In this document: positions 60,741-64,000 of the stretch, piece after piece
Layout of the letters: every line of letters begins with the position of its first letter
Numbering within the stretch: position 1 is the stretch's first letter
Source: Dimorphilus gyrociliatus
Lineage: Eukaryota; Animalia; Annelida
DNA length: 64,000 bases
Direction: 5' to 3'
Assembly (NCBI GenBank): GCA_904063045.1
Contig: CAJFCJ010000002.1
Coordinates: 4,149,891-4,213,890 of the forward strand
The notes under the pieces: model-generated
Database searches by the model: none
Told to the model about the DNA's origin: nothing
The model's input: the letters and a program-made list of their open reading frames with translations, nothing else
Made by a program: the position numbers and the translations under genes

Positions 60741-63700
60741 TTAATCAATTTCAAGTGGAGGCCAATTAGTATCCATTTTTAGGTCTAATTCAATAGTTTT
60801 ATAAATATTCTTTTTGCCATGCTTTCGTCCACATTTCAAAAATCTCTTAATGCAGCAGCTAGTTATTAAAAACTCTTCTACAAAAAGTGCCATCAAAAAA
60901 TATATTCCTATTATTCCCATTAATGTTAATTTGAATGTCATTCCAGGGAGATTTGTTATCTAATTAATTAAAACTTATTATTAGCTTATAATATAATTTA
61001 ATATTTATAATATTCCGATTAACCTGAAGGAATTTTGCCAAAAACTTTGGAGGATATATTAATAAAAAAGTTGATAGACTAGTTAAGAGTATAAGTGCGA
61101 TAGTGAATGGAAGATTTGTCCAAATTGGTAGTCTATAAGGCCTCCCTTTGGAAAAGATAAACGCCAAAATTAAATATTGAAATGAAGTTGTTAAAAATAT
61201 CAATGAGGTTTCTGAGCAAGTTGTTACATTTGCAGAAGGGGAAGGCTTCACCCGGACGTACCTATAAAATTGCAGTTTTTAGATACATTATCTTCAAAAA
61301 CAACAAAACAAACCATGGCTGAGCTTGTAAGAAAAGTAAAACAGTTACTTGAAAAGCAATTACAAGTATAATATGAAGAAAAACGGAAAGGAGGTTAACA
61401 GATGAAAAGAGACTGCCAAGAGGCCTCTTCTGAACTAAAGCTCTATACGCTCCAGTGTGACCCACTGCGAAAAAAAGTATTTTATGAATTCTATTAAATA
61501 GATTTGTAATATAATTAAACTCACTTAGAATAGCAACAACCGTCGTAATTAATAGGTCGATGTAAAGAAATTGAAAATCTCCCATATTTGTACTGAACTA
61601 TTAAGAAAATAAGAAAAAATTCGTATCATTGACATTCGTAAATATTTCATTATCTTTCAAGTTAAAACTTACAGAGTATAATATGATAACCGATACAAAT
61701 TGCACAATACTATACAGGGCCATATATTTAAAAGTTCCAAACGACGTTACCAAAGCTGCTCTCCCCTCTCTTATTACAGTTGGGACACATTCGATATTAG
61801 GCGTTTTCGACGTAAAAGGAGCAGCAACAGATGCTTCTGCGTCTGATAATGATATTCCCGCATTTGCCATTTTTAGAGCAGAACAATCGTTTGCACCATC
61901 ACCACAAAATCCCACAGTATACCTACAGTATGCTTTATTCGTGATGAATACAATCTTTCTTTGGATAATTTAATACAAACCCTAAACTTTGAAAATTTTC
62001 TACTAGTTGACTCTTTTGCTCAGGTGACATTCTTGCGAAAACAGCTCCTCTAGTAATAATTCGAGATAACAATTCAGAATAATTTTCTCGTAATATTGCG
62101 TAAGTTTTCCCTGATAGGGCGAATAAATATTTTCTATCGGAACATTTTGCCTCTTCAAGATGGTAAAAAGGTTCCATATCTGATTCAAATATTGAACTAC
62201 CATCTTCGGACTCTTCGTTGCTTACGTTTTCGTGGAATTTATAAGTTAAATTTGGCGGATTTAATTGGCCATTTACAATAATAACTGGTCGTTTTCCCGG
62301 TGCGATACCACATTGTCTTGCAACACTTAAAGCTGTTAAAATATTATCACCTGAATAGGAAAATAACTTGTAAGTATTGAATAATAATTAAAATTCTATA
62401 TTTACCTGTAACCATAACAGTTTTAATATCAGCCTTATTAAGTTTTGTAATAACAGGTGTAGTTTGAGGCTTAAGTCTATTTTCCATTATTAATAGACCC
62501 AGAAACTTCATACCGTATTCCAATTTTTCCCTAGACATCTTTTGAACATGATGCCAAGTTACCTTTTTATCTAATGCTTTCCAAGCTATCGCTAGAACTC
62601 GAAAACCTTTCTTTGTATATTGTTGTAAACGTGCCTGGAAATCCTCGGGAACTAAAAAAAAATATTTCCTATTAGCAAGTCCACATTTTGATTTAAAAAA
62701 GAGTAGCGTTTCATTAAATCCTACCAGTTGCTGGATCACATAGAGAAGCGATTTTTTCCGGTGCTCCTTTACAATACAAGTCCATATGACTAGCTCGTAA
62801 AGTTCTTGTAACTACCGACATCCTCTGGAGAGATGACGAAAAGGCGAATTGTTTTATAATTCCAACTTCAAATGGTAGCTGAAGAAAGATTTAAAATGGC
62901 GATTCAATAATAATAAAAAATTGAATTTCTTTATTTGTTAAACTAATAACTGGTAGAAAAAGAAAGGATAAGTAGGTAAAGAACCACAACCACTTACATT
63001 AAAGTCTAGAAAATTAAATTCATTAAGGTTAAGGTGCGGCGAGTCAAGTCTCTGTAGAAAAATATACTATTATCGCTCGATAAACTTGGGACTTTTTAAT
63101 TGATACAATAGTCTATAAGCGCGAAGTAAATCAGACTATTCACTGAAACATAGCTAGTTTCGAGAAAATCATATTTTTCTGCGAACATACAGTTTTTAGC
63201 ACAACTAAGATGTAGCAAGCACGAAGCATCCAATGGTGAAATATTCCCAAAAGATTAATACTCCATTTTCTTATCTATAATACTTTGACTACTGCTGAAT
63301 AATAACAATACAAATGTAATAAAGGGAAAGTAAGCCTCTATAGGATTAGAAGATACATGATGTCACTGGACTATTACAAATATACAATATTCATATTGGA
63401 TTGAATAGCAATATAAATAGTATAGCATATAGATTAAATTCCCACAGAGTTCCACTAAAAATGCTAGCAAACAATTAGAAAAAATATTATATACTTTTGC
63501 TTGTGCTTCGTAATAAACATCACGAGATGTTGGCCTAACTACAGTTGGAGCAAGAGTTTCAAACTTTGATGAATCAGCTCCTGCTTCTTCAAGAACCTGT
63601 TGAAGCAATTTCGTTAACATCTTAAAAGCACAATACATAAAGTAAATATAAAATTACCCAATTAGTAGAATTAAACATGTTTAAATCAAGTGGATCTCCA

Positions 63701-64000
63701 GTTAATTTACCATCAATAATGGTAAGGGAATGGCAAGTAGCCATGGCTATTACAAAAGGTCCTAGAGAAGGTAAATCAGTTGGCTGCATAACGGACAGGG
63801 CAAGGCATTTTCCCTGTAGTGGAAGTACACCAAACAAGTCAAGACCATCTTCGGTTAATGTACCAGTCTAATAAAAAAGAATATAAATAAACCTATGAAC
63901 AGGGAAATGAAATTTACTAAGTTAATTACTTTATCAAAGCATATTAATTTCAATTTTCCGCAGATATTAATTCTTGCTGGACTAATGCAAAATATATTTT
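60741..64000 (-). CDS. ATP13A3: P5B-type ATPase (ATP13A2/3/4/5-like polyamine/cation transporter), 3' part; 5' end lies beyond the window
   Basis: CFDK|[10 protein letters not shown] phosphorylation motif split by an intron at about 63930/63868, then MATCHSLT...[58 protein letters not shown], ending [10 protein letters not shown] at 60741. Confidence 0.96.

Noticed and set aside
61629-63871. Plus-strand ORFs overlapping the ATPase
   Set aside because: Antisense shadows of ATP13A exons.

Overview
AT-rich (by eye about 28-30% GC) eukaryotic nuclear DNA from a compact protostome genome. Most introns are 55-130 nt and a few are several kb. This style resembles a miniaturised lophotrochozoan such as the annelid Dimorphilus, which is inference only. 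I assembled spliced models by hand from GT-AG sites and reading-frame phase. In order: two tandem CRAL-TRIO/alpha-TTP-like genes (+), a secreted discoidin-discoidin-F-type-lectin-like protein (-), a GRK4/5/6-type GPCR kinase (+), a divergent class-2 secreted semaphorin (-), a gene-poor interval of about 10 kb, a tandem pair of small PRXamide neuropeptide precursor genes (-) that the ORF track shows only as fragments, a weakly supported unknown gene (-), an otopetrin proton channel with a long N-terminal extension (+), and the 3' two-thirds of a P5B ATPase (ATP13A3-like, -). Best leads: (1) the duplicated ETH/pleurin/NMU-like precursors, with unusual -PRTamide and -PRPamide peptides and a shared 21-bp upstream module; (2) strong enrichment of TA-CAG-TA/TA-CTG-TA words in TA tracts, matching Tc1/Sleeping-Beauty-type excision footprints although no intact element is visible; (3) Glu-to-Gln replacements at two conserved otopetrin N-domain positions. 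No tRNA, rRNA, CRISPR array or intact transposon was supported.
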